Below, in pieces: positions 8,343 through 18,105 of a stretch of 64,000 nt of DNA (positions are counted from its first letter, which is position 1; every line of letters begins with the position of its first letter). A program made the translations under genes and the position numbers. This DNA comes from Shigella phage ChubbyThor. The stretch lies in the sequence record OL615013; one strand, written 5' to 3'. The notes beneath the pieces are model-generated. The model made no database searches and was not told the DNA's origin. It saw only the letters and a list, made by a program, of their open reading frames with translations.

Positions 8343-10236
8343 TGTAAACAGAAAATACAAAAAGCTCTCACACATCGAGCATATACTCCTTCGCCCAGAG
8401 CGCCATCTGGGGAGTATCCGTTCTTCTGTCGGGTTGGCTTGGGTATATGATCTCAGCAAAGACAAAGTTGTATTTAAAGACAATTTTGAATATAACCCCG
8501 CTCTTATCAAACAGTTTGATGAAATCATCACCAACTGCGTTGACCACAGCAAGACGCCTGAGGGTAAATCCCTGACGGAAATCACTGTCACGGTTTCCCC
8601 GATGAACGGTCAAATCATCGTTGCTGACAACGGGGGCATCCCTGTGGTCAAGCATGAATCTGGTATGTGGTTGCCAGAAATGCTATTTTCGGAATTGTTT
8701 GCGGGATCAAACTTCAACGACGATGACGAAGAGTACAACAACCAGAAGTCTGGTGGCCAGAACGGTGAAGGGGCTTCGCTCGTCAACGTGTTCTCAAAGT
8801 GGTTCCGTGTTGCTACCAGTGACGGCAAGAAGTCTTATGCCCAGCTGTTTGAAGACAACATGAGCAAGAAGTCTAATCCGGTCATCAGCAATACGCCGAA
8901 AGAGTTCGGCACCACCATCGCCTGGATCCCTGACTATGCTCGCCTGGGCGTCAAAGGGCTTGACCAGAACAACCTGCTGATGATCTATCGCCGCGCGTTT
9001 GAAGTGGCTGCGTGTAACCCGCGCCTGAAGGTTGTGTTGAACGGGAAGCAAATCCGGATTGACCGCTTTGGTCACTTCGTTGATTACTTCCATGCTGGTT
9101 CCGCTGTTGATGAATCTGGTGAATGGTCGGTTGCTGTAGCCCCTTCATCCGGTACGTTCATGCACGCATCATACGTGAACTCTATTGCCACCCACATCGG
9201 TGGTCCTCACGTTGATTATGTCGCCGACCAGATCGTGGCTGCGATTCGTCCTCAGCTGGTGAAGAAGTTCAAGACCGAGCTGAAACCTGCCATGATCAAG
9301 AACCACATGTCCTTGTTCATTGCCGCCGACATCAACAACCCGCGCTTTGACAGCCAGACCAAGGAGCGCATGACCACTCCTGTAAGCCAGTTCGGTACGT
9401 CGTACAAGCCGAGTGACAAACTCATCCGCAAGGCGCTTGAGTTCGTTATGGCTGGTCTGAGCAAAGAACTGGCTTCCCTGCGCAATGAGCAGGATGATGC
9501 TGAGTTTGAAAAGGCCAAGAAGGATATCAGCAAGCGGGATTATCGTGAGATTGAGAAGTATTACCCGGCGACCGCCCGTGGTGACCGCAGTGGTTGCTCC
9601 CTGTTGCTGACAGAGGGTGATAGCGCCTCCAACCCTATCCTGAACGCCCGTGACACCAAGAAGATCGGATTGTTCCCGCTTCGTGGTAAGTTCATCAACT
9701 GCCTGAACGCCCCGCGCACAAAGGTGATGAACAATGAAGAGTTCAAGAACCTGTGTACGATTCACGGCGGCGCAGTGCCAGGCCAGCCCCTTGACATCAG
9801 CCGCTACCCACAGACTGTTGTGGCTACCGATGCGGACGATGACGGCATTCACATCCGTGGGTTGTTGATCACCCTGTATTGCACCTACTGGCCGGAGTAC
9901 GTCCGTCAGGGCAGGCTGAAGCTGCTGCGTACCCCTTACATGCGCGTGTGGTGTGGTAAGGTGATGCATGAGTTCATGAACAACGCCGAGTATGAGGAGT
10001 TCCTGAAGACACCTGATGCCAAGAAGATCACGAAGAAGAAATATCTGAAAGGTCTGGGCGGTAACAGCACTGAAGACTTCAAACGTATTCTAAACAACCT
10101 GGATGCGTATACTACGACGGTCACGCTGGACGATGGCTATCAACAGTCACTGAAGAATGGCTTCGGTGATGAGGCCGCCGATTACCGCAAAACCTGGTTT
10201 AGCGATGTTTGCCTGTTTGAAACTGAGGATGAATAA
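8335..10236 (+). CDS. DNA topoisomerase II large subunit (T4 gp39-type ATPase, fused gp60-like C-terminal part)
   Basis: GGAG SD; RFDSQTKERMTTP and LLLTEGDSA...FPLRGK blocks match recalled T4 gp39; GHKL ATPase N-terminus. Confidence 0.9.
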   Translation: MVDVNRKYKKLSHIEHILLRPERHLGSIRSSVGLAWVYDLSKDKVVFKDNFEYNPALIKQFDEIITNCVDHSKTPEGKSLTEITVTVSPMNGQIIVADNGGIPVVKHESGMWLPEMLFSELFAGSNFNDDDEEYNNQKSGGQNGEGASLVNVFSKWFRVATSDGKKSYAQLFEDNMSKKSNPVISNTPKEFGTTIAWIPDYARLGVKGLDQNNLLMIYRRAFEVAACNPRLKVVLNGKQIRIDRFGHFVDYFHAGSAVDESGEWSVAVAPSSGTFMHASYVNSIATHIGGPHVDYVADQIVAAIRPQLVKKFKTELKPAMIKNHMSLFIAADINNPRFDSQTKERMTTPVSQFGTSYKPSDKLIRKALEFVMAGLSKELASLRNEQDDAEFEKAKKDISKRDYREIEKYYPATARGDRSGCSLLLTEGDSASNPILNARDTKKIGLFPLRGKFINCLNAPRTKVMNNEEFKNLCTIHGGAVPGQPLDISRYPQTVVATDADDDGIHIRGLLITLYCTYWPEYVRQGRLKLLRTPYMRVWCGKVMHEFMNNAEYEEFLKTPDAKKITKKKYLKGLGGNSTEDFKRILNNLDAYTTTVTLDDGYQQSLKNGFGDEAADYRKTWFSDVCLFETEDE

Positions 10237-10237
10237 G

Positions 10238-11569
10238 ATGGTTGCCAAGAGCATTACTGTAACGGACTTTGTCAACACTGACCATAAGCAGTTTTCTGTG
10301 GTCAACAGCATCCGTCAAATCCCTCAGCTGATTGACAGCCTCAAGCCGAGCCAGCGCAAGATCCTCTTTGCTGCTCTTGAGTACAACAAGGAGGAGATCG
10401 TTGACCGCCTTGGTATGTTCGCCGCCGCCCGGACCAACTACAAGTCTGGTGGTGAGAACATGAGCGGCACTATCGTGAACATGGCTCAGGGGTTCCCAGG
10501 CACGAACAACATCCCGTACTTTGACCGCGACGGCCAGTTTGGTTCTATCATGGGGCGTGATGCTTCATCTGCCCGATACATATCCGTCGCTGTATCTGAT
10601 GTTATCCGCAAGATCTTCCGCAAGGAGGATGAGGGTATTTTAGAATACAATTACCTTGGTGAAGAAAGACTGGAGCCGAAGTTCTTCCTGCCCATCCTCC
10701 CCATGTTCCTGGTGAATGGGATCAATGGTATCGGCACCGGATATTCCACCGACACCCCGTGTCATTGCGTTAAGTCCGTGCTCAGTGCCCTGAGAGCGCT
10801 TCTCCGTGGCGAAGACCCGAAAGACTTAAAACCGTACTGGAACGGCTACAAAGGGGAGACAGGCTATACTGAGGAAGGAAGAGCATACAGTCGCGGCATC
10901 TTCCGTCGCGTCAATGCCACCACCCTGCATATCACCGAAGTCCCAGTGGGTTGGTTCGCCAAGACCTATGAGACCAAGGTGTTGCTGCCTCTGTACAAGG
11001 CTGGTATCCTGACCGAGTACGCCAACGACACGACCGAAGATGGCTGGGATATCACGGTTGTATTCAAGCGGGGTGAACTGTCCAAGCTGGATGATAATCA
11101 GGTTGAGCAGATGTTCAAGTTGTACTCTGCTAACAAGCCTGTTTGGACAGCATGGGATGAAGACGGGGTAATCCATCGTTATGCGGGTTGGCAGGATATG
11201 TTGCTACCGTTCTTCAATTATCGCCTGTCACGGTATGAAGACCGTCGCCAGTATCTGTTGAAGGACATGGCAGACAGGATCCGCAAGCTGGGTGACCGGG
11301 CGGTGTTCATTGAATGGGCGACGCGTGTTGATCTCCGCCAAAAGATTGACGTACTGAAGTCTCTGTTCATGCAGGACTACCCGGACTTTGGCGGTGATCT
11401 TGACGAGTTGTTCAAGATGCCGCTGTCATCCATCACCCTAGACGCCCGTGAGCGCCTACTCAAGCAGATTGAGAACCTTGAAGCACAGCACAAGGAATTA
11501 AGTAAGAAAGAGGACATCGATCTTTACACTGAAGACCTTGATGACCTTGAAAAGGCTCTTGGCCTATAA
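10238..11569 (+). CDS. DNA topoisomerase II medium subunit (T4 gp52-type, GyrA-like)
   Basis: FFLPILPMFLVNGINGIGTGYSTD matches T4 gp52 FYLPIIPTVLLNGVSGIATGYAT; start moved to ATG 10238 (TAAgATG junction with upstream gene). Confidence 0.9.
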   Translation: MVAKSITVTDFVNTDHKQFSVVNSIRQIPQLIDSLKPSQRKILFAALEYNKEEIVDRLGMFAAARTNYKSGGENMSGTIVNMAQGFPGTNNIPYFDRDGQFGSIMGRDASSARYISVAVSDVIRKIFRKEDEGILEYNYLGEERLEPKFFLPILPMFLVNGINGIGTGYSTDTPCHCVKSVLSALRALLRGEDPKDLKPYWNGYKGETGYTEEGRAYSRGIFRRVNATTLHITEVPVGWFAKTYETKVLLPLYKAGILTEYANDTTEDGWDITVVFKRGELSKLDDNQVEQMFKLYSANKPVWTAWDEDGVIHRYAGWQDMLLPFFNYRLSRYEDRRQYLLKDMADRIRKLGDRAVFIEWATRVDLRQKIDVLKSLFMQDYPDFGGDLDELFKMPLSSITLDARERLLKQIENLEAQHKELSKKEDIDLYTEDLDDLEKALGL

Positions 11570-11611
11570 CATCGGAGGGGTTAGCCCCTCCTCACCTGCG
11601 AGGGTTGTGCT

Positions 11612-11899
11612 ATGTTCTATCTCCGTTCTGCGGCACCTGTGGTATTCATCATTTTCCTATTTGATTTCCTGGTTCCTCGCTTTATCAAAGAAGAGGTGGC
11701 GTTTGGTCTCTATGGTGAGACGGAAGACCCAGAGGTCGATGAATATTACCCAATGTGCGCCCTGAAAGATATCGAGGAGGGGGAAGATGTTGCAATGGTC
11801 GGCACCATGCGTTCTTTCAACCTGTTTGGGCTTGCACTCTTTCCGAAACTGATCGGCGAACTTCGCCCCTACGATCCTGATGCTACTGTAGAGGGTTGA
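11612..11899 (+). CDS. Hypothetical protein with hydrophobic N-terminus
   Basis: ORF with GAGGG SD. Confidence 0.4.
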   Translation: MFYLRSAAPVVFIIFLFDFLVPRFIKEEVAFGLYGETEDPEVDEYYPMCALKDIEEGEDVAMVGTMRSFNLFGLALFPKLIGELRPYDPDATVEG

Positions 11900-11901
11900 C
11901 C

Positions 11902-12213
11902 ATGTCACAGCTTCTGAGTCCTAAACTTCTGTCTATGGGTGATTCCCTGTATTTTCACTGCCCTGGATGTGGTATGCTTCACCCATATCGCGTAAAGGGT
12001 GATACCCAAGGTCCGATGTGGTCGTGGAACAACAATGTTGTTGAGCCTACGTTCACGCCGAGCCTGCTGGTGAATGCATCTGATCCAGCATCACGTTGCC
12101 ATCTGTTCCTGACCGACGGCAAAATACAATTCCTCGGCGACTGTTTCCATGATCTGAAGAACCAGACAGTGGATATGGTCGACATCCCTGAACCTGAAAT
12201 TTGGATTGAATAG
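11902..12213 (+). CDS. Hypothetical Cys-containing protein (CPGCG motif)
   Basis: ORF-track start is TTG; ATG at 11902 with GAGGG SD. Confidence 0.4.
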   Translation: MSQLLSPKLLSMGDSLYFHCPGCGMLHPYRVKGDTQGPMWSWNNNVVEPTFTPSLLVNASDPASRCHLFLTDGKIQFLGDCFHDLKNQTVDMVDIPEPEIWIE

Positions 12214-12216
12214 ATT

Positions 12217-12627
12217 ATGAAATTACTCGGTTATTTTCGCGAACTCCCAACGGGTACTGAAGGCAAGTTGTTCTCACAGGTGAAAGGGAATGACATCGGT
12301 GATACGATGGTTCCATTGTACACCCGTGACCTTCCTGCCGAAGGTGCCTGGGAGCGCCGTGTGGTCGCTGCCGCCAACAAATATGGTGATGTGATCGTCG
12401 TTGCCGACCGTCATCACAGCCGATTCATGAACAGTCAGCTCAAGATCCTGAAAGAGGCTGGCGTCATTAAATCCACCCATACCCGCGAACAGGGATTCAT
12501 CGACAACCAGGGCAACTTCCTCACTCGTGAAGAGGCTTGCGTCGTAGCCCGTGAAGCCGGACAAATCAATCAGGTGCGCCTGAAGACAACCCCATTCCGC
12601 GAACTCTTTTCCGAAGACCTCTATTGA
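12217..12627 (+). CDS. Hypothetical protein
   Basis: ORF in co-directional block. Confidence 0.45.
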   Translation: MKLLGYFRELPTGTEGKLFSQVKGNDIGDTMVPLYTRDLPAEGAWERRVVAAANKYGDVIVVADRHHSRFMNSQLKILKEAGVIKSTHTREQGFIDNQGNFLTREEACVVAREAGQINQVRLKTTPFRELFSEDLY

Positions 12628-12676
12628 AGAAAAAGGCGGTATTATTACCGCCTGATCCCCATACGAGATAACAACT

Positions 12677-12901
12677 ATGGCTAATGAAATTGGTGATGTC
12701 GCTCAGTTCCGCGCTATCTCTCGACGCCTGAAAATGTCAGGATTTGAAAAGGAAGAGATCGACGAAGATGTGCTGGGAGTATTGGAAGGAATGTTCGGTA
12801 CTTCTGTTGGGACGGAATTGTTTGAACTCTTAAAGATGGCGGCAGACAATGAGTTTGTAGAATACGCAACCGAACGAGCCATACATGGTATAAACTCATG
12901 A
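12677..12901 (+). CDS. Hypothetical protein
   Basis: Small ORF; ATGA overlap with next gene. Confidence 0.35.
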   Translation: MANEIGDVAQFRAISRRLKMSGFEKEEIDEDVLGVLEGMFGTSVGTELFELLKMAADNEFVEYATERAIHGINS

Positions 12902-13140
12902 ACCAAGAATTTGAAAACCTGTTTGAGCGTTGCTTTGAGCCTGCGTCTGTTGCGGGTTACATGGACCGCCTCAGTAAAGAGATCATATCCCGTCTGGTGG
13001 CGAAGGGTATCCATGTTGGTACGCTCGTGCGCAACGGTGACAACTTCATCATACAGATGTCCGACTGTCGTCATCGTTCTGGCATCTTCTACGTTAAATG
13101 CATTGACAACAGCATTATTGAATGGAGACAGTACGCATGA
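12898..13140 (+). CDS. Hypothetical protein
   Basis: Small ORF translationally coupled on both sides. Confidence 0.4.
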   Translation: MNQEFENLFERCFEPASVAGYMDRLSKEIISRLVAKGIHVGTLVRNGDNFIIQMSDCRHRSGIFYVKCIDNSIIEWRQYA

Positions 13141-13736
13141 CCACATATGTAATCCATGGTGGCGATCTACTGAAAGCCGCCTGCAGCTTTAATCTGATCG
13201 ACATCTTTGCCCATGGTGCCAACTGCTGGTCTACCATGGGCGCGGGTATTGCCCTGCACATCGGCAACAACTTCCCAGCCCTACGCGAAGTCGATGCGAA
13301 CGATCCTCGTGGTCCAGAGCAACGCCTGGGTGGCATGACCTATGCATTCGACCACAGCAAGGGCGTTTGGGGCGCGAACCTCTACACTCAGTTCTACCCA
13401 GGTCCGAATGCCCGCATGCCGTCTGTCATCAGTTCTGTTCAGACCCTGTTTGAGCAGGTTCACGAAATTGTGGAAGCAACGGATGAAGAAACCGTCTATG
13501 TCGGCCTGCCTGCTATCGGCTGTGGTATCGGCGGCCTGAATCTCTACAGCGTAGTACGCCATATTAACCGGATCGCTGAAAGCGTGTATGAAGAGACCCG
13601 CCGTCGTGTCGTCCCAGTCTTCTATATCAGGGAAGGAGACGGGTTCGATGATGATCTGATGGAACTTTCTCATCTGGACGCAGAAGGTATCATGATTGTC
13701 GAAGATGAGCAAGAAATCATCGACGAGGAGGCGTAA
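13137..13736 (+). CDS. Macro-domain protein (ADP-ribose binding / processing)
   Basis: GDLL...IFAHGANC and LPAIGCGIGGL resemble the macro-domain glycine-rich ADP-ribose loops; start at ATG 13137 overlapping upstream stop. Confidence 0.5.
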   Translation: MTTYVIHGGDLLKAACSFNLIDIFAHGANCWSTMGAGIALHIGNNFPALREVDANDPRGPEQRLGGMTYAFDHSKGVWGANLYTQFYPGPNARMPSVISSVQTLFEQVHEIVEATDEETVYVGLPAIGCGIGGLNLYSVVRHINRIAESVYEETRRRVVPVFYIREGDGFDDDLMELSHLDAEGIMIVEDEQEIIDEEA

Positions 13737-14369
13737 ATGTACAAGTCTAACTTCTTGGCAGTGGCCGACAGCGAGACTCTGGGGCGCTGGGATGATGCAG
13801 TTGTGTTGTCCTGGGCGCATACCATTGCCGACCTGACCAAGCGTTATACTCTTCAGCAGCTGGTTGAGGAGCGCACGACGTTCATTAAGCTGAATGTCAA
13901 AGAGCAGATCGAACTCGGTCGCGTGAAGGACCAGGGGACGGTAGAATGGTGGTTGGGGACGGGTAAACGTAACCCGTGTGATGCGGCTCGCGCCGTCAGT
14001 CTGTACCCGACTGAGCAGGACGTCTCTATCTTCCAGCTGGCCGATGAAATCCGCAAGGGTTGTCATCGTCTTGGGGTAGACCCGCGCTCGGTTGACTGGT
14101 GTGACCGTAACTTGTTCGATCTGCGCAAGGCTCAACACATCATTGAGGTGACGTGCAAGCAGGACTCCAACGAGCCTTGGGACTACCACCACACCTTCGA
14201 CATCGTGAGCTGGCTGAAGGGTGTCGGGCAACAAGATCGCTACGCTGGCATCAAGGCGTGGGAACTGGAAGGCATGGTCTATCATGATCCTCGTTATGAC
14301 GCCGCGCTTGATTGGCTTCGCATTCAAAAGACTATGGAAGACCTGATGGGTCTGGAGGTGGTAGGATGA
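13737..14369 (+). CDS. dexA: Exonuclease A (DexA-like, DEDD 3'-5' exonuclease)
   Basis: FLAVADSETLG (DxE exo motif) and KLNVKEQIELGRVKDQGTVEWW resemble recalled T4 DexA (IIDFETMG...FDLKSQKGHRLFTKSTIEWW). Confidence 0.6.
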   Translation: MYKSNFLAVADSETLGRWDDAVVLSWAHTIADLTKRYTLQQLVEERTTFIKLNVKEQIELGRVKDQGTVEWWLGTGKRNPCDAARAVSLYPTEQDVSIFQLADEIRKGCHRLGVDPRSVDWCDRNLFDLRKAQHIIEVTCKQDSNEPWDYHHTFDIVSWLKGVGQQDRYAGIKAWELEGMVYHDPRYDAALDWLRIQKTMEDLMGLEVVG

Positions 14370-14671
14370 GCGCATTCTTCGAATTCGTCGGCGTCATAAC
14401 AGTGACGGTATTCCTCGTCGTTGTACTTGGTGTGATCTATTCCCTGTTTGTCCACCCAGTGTTCCAGGCCGTCAGTATCATGCGTTGGATCACAGCTTGC
14501 TCCTTGTCGGTGGGTAACAAGCCGCCGACCCTGAAAGAGAGATGGAGTTTCTTCAAATGGGGATATGAAATCGGTGGTCCCAGAACAACCCGCTACTCTA
14601 ACAACACCGGAGAATGGTGTGGGATAGGCCGATGGCAAGTATTCAAATCTGAAGAAGATGAAGCCCCGTGA
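14366..14671 (+). CDS. Small membrane protein
   Basis: ATGA overlap start; single strong hydrophobic helix VGVITVTVFLVVVLGVIYSLF. Confidence 0.4.
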   Translation: MSAFFEFVGVITVTVFLVVVLGVIYSLFVHPVFQAVSIMRWITACSLSVGNKPPTLKERWSFFKWGYEIGGPRTTRYSNNTGEWCGIGRWQVFKSEEDEAP

Positions 14672-14684
14672 GGGGCTTTTCTAT
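14662..14684 (+). terminator. Rho-independent terminator
   Basis: GCCCC-GTGA-GGGGC hairpin (contains the stop codon) followed by TTTTCTAT. Confidence 0.6.
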
Positions 14685-14713
14685 ATCCGGGATAGAGTAT
14701 CATTGTTTCACCA

Positions 14714-14947
14714 ATGAATCCTCGGGAAACTGCTATGACTACAGCAAGAAGTTACAGAAAGAACTTCAACATCGAAGGGATTGAGTTCTACCACCATTAC
14801 GCCCAGGACACCCATGGCACTGTATGCAACACATACATGCTTGACGGTCGCCCTGTAGGTTCCGATGAGTTCTATCGTGTTTTGCGCGAGTCTACAGAAG
14901 AATCCCTGTCTTACATTATCAATGCCAACGGATTGATTAAACCATGA
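14714..14947 (+). CDS. Hypothetical protein
   Basis: Small ORF, ATGA-coupled to the next gene. Confidence 0.35.
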   Translation: MNPRETAMTTARSYRKNFNIEGIEFYHHYAQDTHGTVCNTYMLDGRPVGSDEFYRVLRESTEESLSYIINANGLIKP

Positions 14948-15630
14948 TCAACGTATCAATAAACGACCGAGATTTCGTCCACGCTGTTATGACAAACAAC
15001 AAAGACCCTCTTGCGTACAACGGGGAGAAGGTTACTCTGTTCTGGTCAGGCGGCGTGGACAGCACGTACATGCTATTCTGGCTGTTGGCTCACGGGTACG
15101 AAGTTCACACGATCTACTGCGAACTGGAGAACAACTCCTTCAAGGTGAAGCGTGAGAACTGGTCGCGCAAGAAGATCAGGGAATGGGTGACCACAAATTC
15201 GCCGAGGTTGAACACTCATTGGCATCACAGAGAAACCCCGATCAGCAAAATGAGCATCCAGTCTGGTGAGTTCCGGCCTTGTCTGGCTCAAGCCCCTGTG
15301 TGGTTGGTGAACACCCAATTCGCGGGTGGCCATTTTGATCGAGGACTGCCAAGAACTTATGTGATGGCATACGTCAACGGAGACGACGCTCTACACTGGA
15401 TCCCTGCCTTCAACAAGATCGTGGAGGGTTATAACATGTTGGCCAAAGACGGGCATGAGATCACCGTTCTCTTCCCTCTCGCCAGCATGAAGAAGACATG
15501 GTTCTACGAAGCCTTGTCGCCAATCTACGGGCTGATGACCTGGTGTGAATATCTCGTTCTGAAAAAGAACTGTGAATGCCCCGCTTGTGTCCGCCACCGT
15601 CATGAACTTTCCGTGTTTGAGGGGAAATAA
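14944..15630 (+). CDS. PP-loop ATP pyrophosphatase (QueC-like; NadE-like not excluded)
   Basis: SGGVDS PP-loop motif (LFWSGGVDSTYML) near N-terminus; C-terminal Cys cluster C-x9-CxCxxC. Confidence 0.5.
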   Translation: MINVSINDRDFVHAVMTNNKDPLAYNGEKVTLFWSGGVDSTYMLFWLLAHGYEVHTIYCELENNSFKVKRENWSRKKIREWVTTNSPRLNTHWHHRETPISKMSIQSGEFRPCLAQAPVWLVNTQFAGGHFDRGLPRTYVMAYVNGDDALHWIPAFNKIVEGYNMLAKDGHEITVLFPLASMKKTWFYEALSPIYGLMTWCEYLVLKKNCECPACVRHRHELSVFEGK

Positions 15631-15971
15631 TGAAACCGTCTGTTGTGGTGAACGACATCACCAGATTGATAAACCTTGTCAAAGATGTGTTCCCACAACA
15701 GGTGGATGTCGAGTATGTTGGGAAGAACGGGAAGTGCTATCAGGTTGCTCTGTTGTTGAAGCACGTGTACCCTCAAGCAGAGATCCATTACAGTCAGATT
15801 GAAGGCCACGTGTACACTCTGATTGATGGGAATTATTACGACATCGACGGCATCCACTTCAGTGTGCCACCGGACACGTGTTTGCTCGAACACAACAGAG
15901 GCCACAAACCACATCGCTGGCATAAAGGATTTGTGAACGTACCGATTTTAGAATGGTTGAGGAGACCATAA
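15630..15971 (+). CDS. Hypothetical protein
   Basis: TAATG-coupled ORF between PP-loop ATPase and phosphoesterase. Confidence 0.4.
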   Translation: MKPSVVVNDITRLINLVKDVFPQQVDVEYVGKNGKCYQVALLLKHVYPQAEIHYSQIEGHVYTLIDGNYYDIDGIHFSVPPDTCLLEHNRGHKPHRWHKGFVNVPILEWLRRP

Positions 15972-16531
15972 TGGCAGGAATTGTGAAGTATCTGGGCGAC
16001 ACCCACCTTGGGCACAAGAAGATCTTCAAGCCCCGTGGGTTCGACACACAGGAAGCCCACGACGCTGCGGTCATTGACAGTATCTATCAGGGACTGAAGT
16101 CCCGAGACGTCCTTGAACTTGCAGGCGACATCTGCTTCATCGGGGCTGAGGGGTTCATTCGCCTGATGCGCGAGGGTGCCAAGCGGAACATTGATGAGTT
16201 CAAGCGCCGCCCAGTTCCCGATGACTGGCGTCCGAACTTTATCATCAGGGTGGCGCAAGGCAACCATGACAGCTTCAAGATGTTGATGCAGCTGTATCAA
16301 GAGGGATGGATTAGCTCCTTCGGTGCGATGTATGAGCGTGACACTCCGGTTGGTCGTGTGCTGACCACTCACGTTCCTTATCAATTAGACCGCTGGGCGT
16401 ATAATATCCATGGTCATCTTCACGGCGAAATGCGTGAAGAACGCGAATACCTGAACTGCAGCTGGGAACAATTCAAGCGCCCTGTGACATTGGCCGAGCT
16501 GCTCTATACCAATCTGGGGATTGAAATATGA
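15971..16531 (+). CDS. Calcineurin-like metallophosphoesterase
   Basis: GDTHLG, GNHD and HGHLH metal-ligand motifs in canonical order; GGAG SD before ATG 15971. Confidence 0.55.
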   Translation: MAGIVKYLGDTHLGHKKIFKPRGFDTQEAHDAAVIDSIYQGLKSRDVLELAGDICFIGAEGFIRLMREGAKRNIDEFKRRPVPDDWRPNFIIRVAQGNHDSFKMLMQLYQEGWISSFGAMYERDTPVGRVLTTHVPYQLDRWAYNIHGHLHGEMREEREYLNCSWEQFKRPVTLAELLYTNLGIEI

Positions 16532-16845
16532 AAATTTATTTTCCTGGTCAGAAAGTGCCTTCTGAAGTGGAGAAGGTGGAGTTCACGGGTTATCGGGGAG
16601 GAGATCCCAACTTGCGTTTCTCCTCTCCTTGTATCGTGAAAAGAACAGAAACGGGCTATTACGTCAGACCAATCGTATTGATGGGCAGCGTGATGACATT
16701 AAGAGCAACCGCCGACCATGTTTCTATACAAGGCAGCCCAGAGATTACATGTGGGATAACCCACATGAACTGCAAGCCGATTATCCCGACATGGTTGATT
16801 ATTGGTGTGCTTTCTGTTTTGGCTCTGAAAGGGGTATTGTTATGA
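16528..16845 (+). CDS. Hypothetical protein with C-terminal hydrophobic anchor
   Basis: ATGA-coupled ORF. Confidence 0.35.
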   Translation: MKIYFPGQKVPSEVEKVEFTGYRGGDPNLRFSSPCIVKRTETGYYVRPIVLMGSVMTLRATADHVSIQGSPEITCGITHMNCKPIIPTWLIIGVLSVLALKGVLL

Positions 16846-17180
16846 AAAAGCCGCGCATCACAGGACACCAACTCTCGGTTCTCTACGGGATAGAGAACTT
16901 TGAGAAAGGTCATCGCCGTTATGGTGAACGGTACTTGCATCCCAAATCCTGGGCCAATGACAAGGGCAACACCGTCTGGACGTTCCAGGTATGCCCGAAC
17001 GCTGGTGGTTTCACCTCCGTCAAAGGCGATCCATGGGACACCCGCACAGGGGCTTCCCTGCTCGCCAAGGGGTTGATCGAACCAGCTGGCTCAATGGTTC
17101 ATGACGGTTCGTACGTGAACTGGCCGAACACTGAGGTGACGTTCTACCGCCTGACTGAACTCGGTAAGTCTTATCTCTGA
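16842..17180 (+). CDS. Hypothetical protein
   Basis: ORF-track start at 16629 rejected (211-nt overlap); ATG 16842 overlaps upstream stop. Confidence 0.4.
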   Translation: MKKPRITGHQLSVLYGIENFEKGHRRYGERYLHPKSWANDKGNTVWTFQVCPNAGGFTSVKGDPWDTRTGASLLAKGLIEPAGSMVHDGSYVNWPNTEVTFYRLTELGKSYL

Positions 17181-17204
17181 ATAAAGATTCAGCGGTTATT
17201 GAAG

Positions 17205-17236
17205 AAGGGGGAGTATATACTTCCCCTTAGTTTATT
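17205..17236 (+). terminator. Putative terminator (long near-palindromic hairpin)
   Basis: AAGGGG(G)AGTATA / TATACTTCCCCTT near-perfect palindrome followed by AGTTTATT. Confidence 0.5.
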
Positions 17237-17250
17237 AAGAGGAACCGGAA

Positions 17251-17592
17251 ATGACCCCATTAAAAGAAATGTATGAGCGCCTGGCTGAACTGCAGGCGAA
17301 GGAAAAGCGCTTCTCGGAAGAAGAGACAGAGCTGTCCGAGCTGAACACTTTGATCGCCACTCGCGAGAAGTACCTCCAGCGCTACATCAACCATCCTCCC
17401 CACATGGTGGAGCGTGTGTCTGAAGCGATCATGCCGTTTGCTGGGCGTGAGTTTAATGAGCAAACTCGTGAAGAGATACTCAAAGTCATCGTAGCAGAAG
17501 TCCATTCCATGGTCTCCCTCGGCCAGATCTTTGGCCGCGCAGACCAGGAGGACATGATCTTCCTTCTGAACAAGAATGTGGTGGTGAAATAA
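17251..17592 (+). CDS. Hypothetical protein (predicted helical)
   Basis: GAGGAA SD 6 nt upstream. Confidence 0.45.
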   Translation: MTPLKEMYERLAELQAKEKRFSEEETELSELNTLIATREKYLQRYINHPPHMVERVSEAIMPFAGREFNEQTREEILKVIVAEVHSMVSLGQIFGRADQEDMIFLLNKNVVVK

Positions 17593-18095
17593 TGTCCATC
17601 AAGCCCCGTATGATGTTTGCGCACATGCGCTCGGCTCATGCATATGCACTGTCCAGCTATGCTCGGCGCCTGAAGGTCGGCTGTGTTATCGTTGACCCAA
17701 ATATTGACCAACCTGTTGCCATCGGCTGGAACGGGACTGCTCCTGGTGCTCCTAACGTCTGTGAGCAAGAAGTGGACGGTCAGTTGGTAAGCCTCGAAAG
17801 TGTTGTCCATGCTGAAGAGAATGCCCTGGACAATATACGAAAGGCTCACACCGGGCTTGTAATGTTCGTAACACACAGCCCCTGTCCGAGATGCACGAAG
17901 AAGATAATCGAAAGCGGTAATATCGACCAGATCTTTTACAATGTGCCATATCGAATCACAGACGGCATCGTTGAGATGATGAACGCTGGCATTGAAGTCT
18001 ATCGCATGGTCGACCAGTACGCCGTCGTCAAACATTGCTTTGATACCGAAGGCAAATTAACATCCACCCCTGTTTTAGTGAACCCTGACAAGTAA
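17592..18095 (+). CDS. cd: dCMP deaminase
   Basis: Zinc-binding deaminase motifs HAEENAL and SPCPRCTKKI (HxE...PCxxC); TAATG coupling. Confidence 0.75.
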   Translation: MSIKPRMMFAHMRSAHAYALSSYARRLKVGCVIVDPNIDQPVAIGWNGTAPGAPNVCEQEVDGQLVSLESVVHAEENALDNIRKAHTGLVMFVTHSPCPRCTKKIIESGNIDQIFYNVPYRITDGIVEMMNAGIEVYRMVDQYAVVKHCFDTEGKLTSTPVLVNPDK

Positions 18096-18105
18096 GGAAT
18101 TTATC

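Noticed and set aside
9169-9969. 266-aa minus-strand ORF
   Set aside because: Lies entirely inside the topoisomerase II large-subunit gene, which has strong homology support.
13281-14375. 364-aa minus-strand ORF
   Set aside because: Antisense to the macro-domain and DexA genes, which have motif support and proper coupling; composition is Arg/Leu-rich as expected for an antisense frame.
16629-16841. ORF-track N-terminal extension of the 16842-17180 gene
   Set aside because: Would overlap the upstream gene by over 200 nt; internal ATG at 16842 overlaps the upstream stop in the usual ATGA arrangement.
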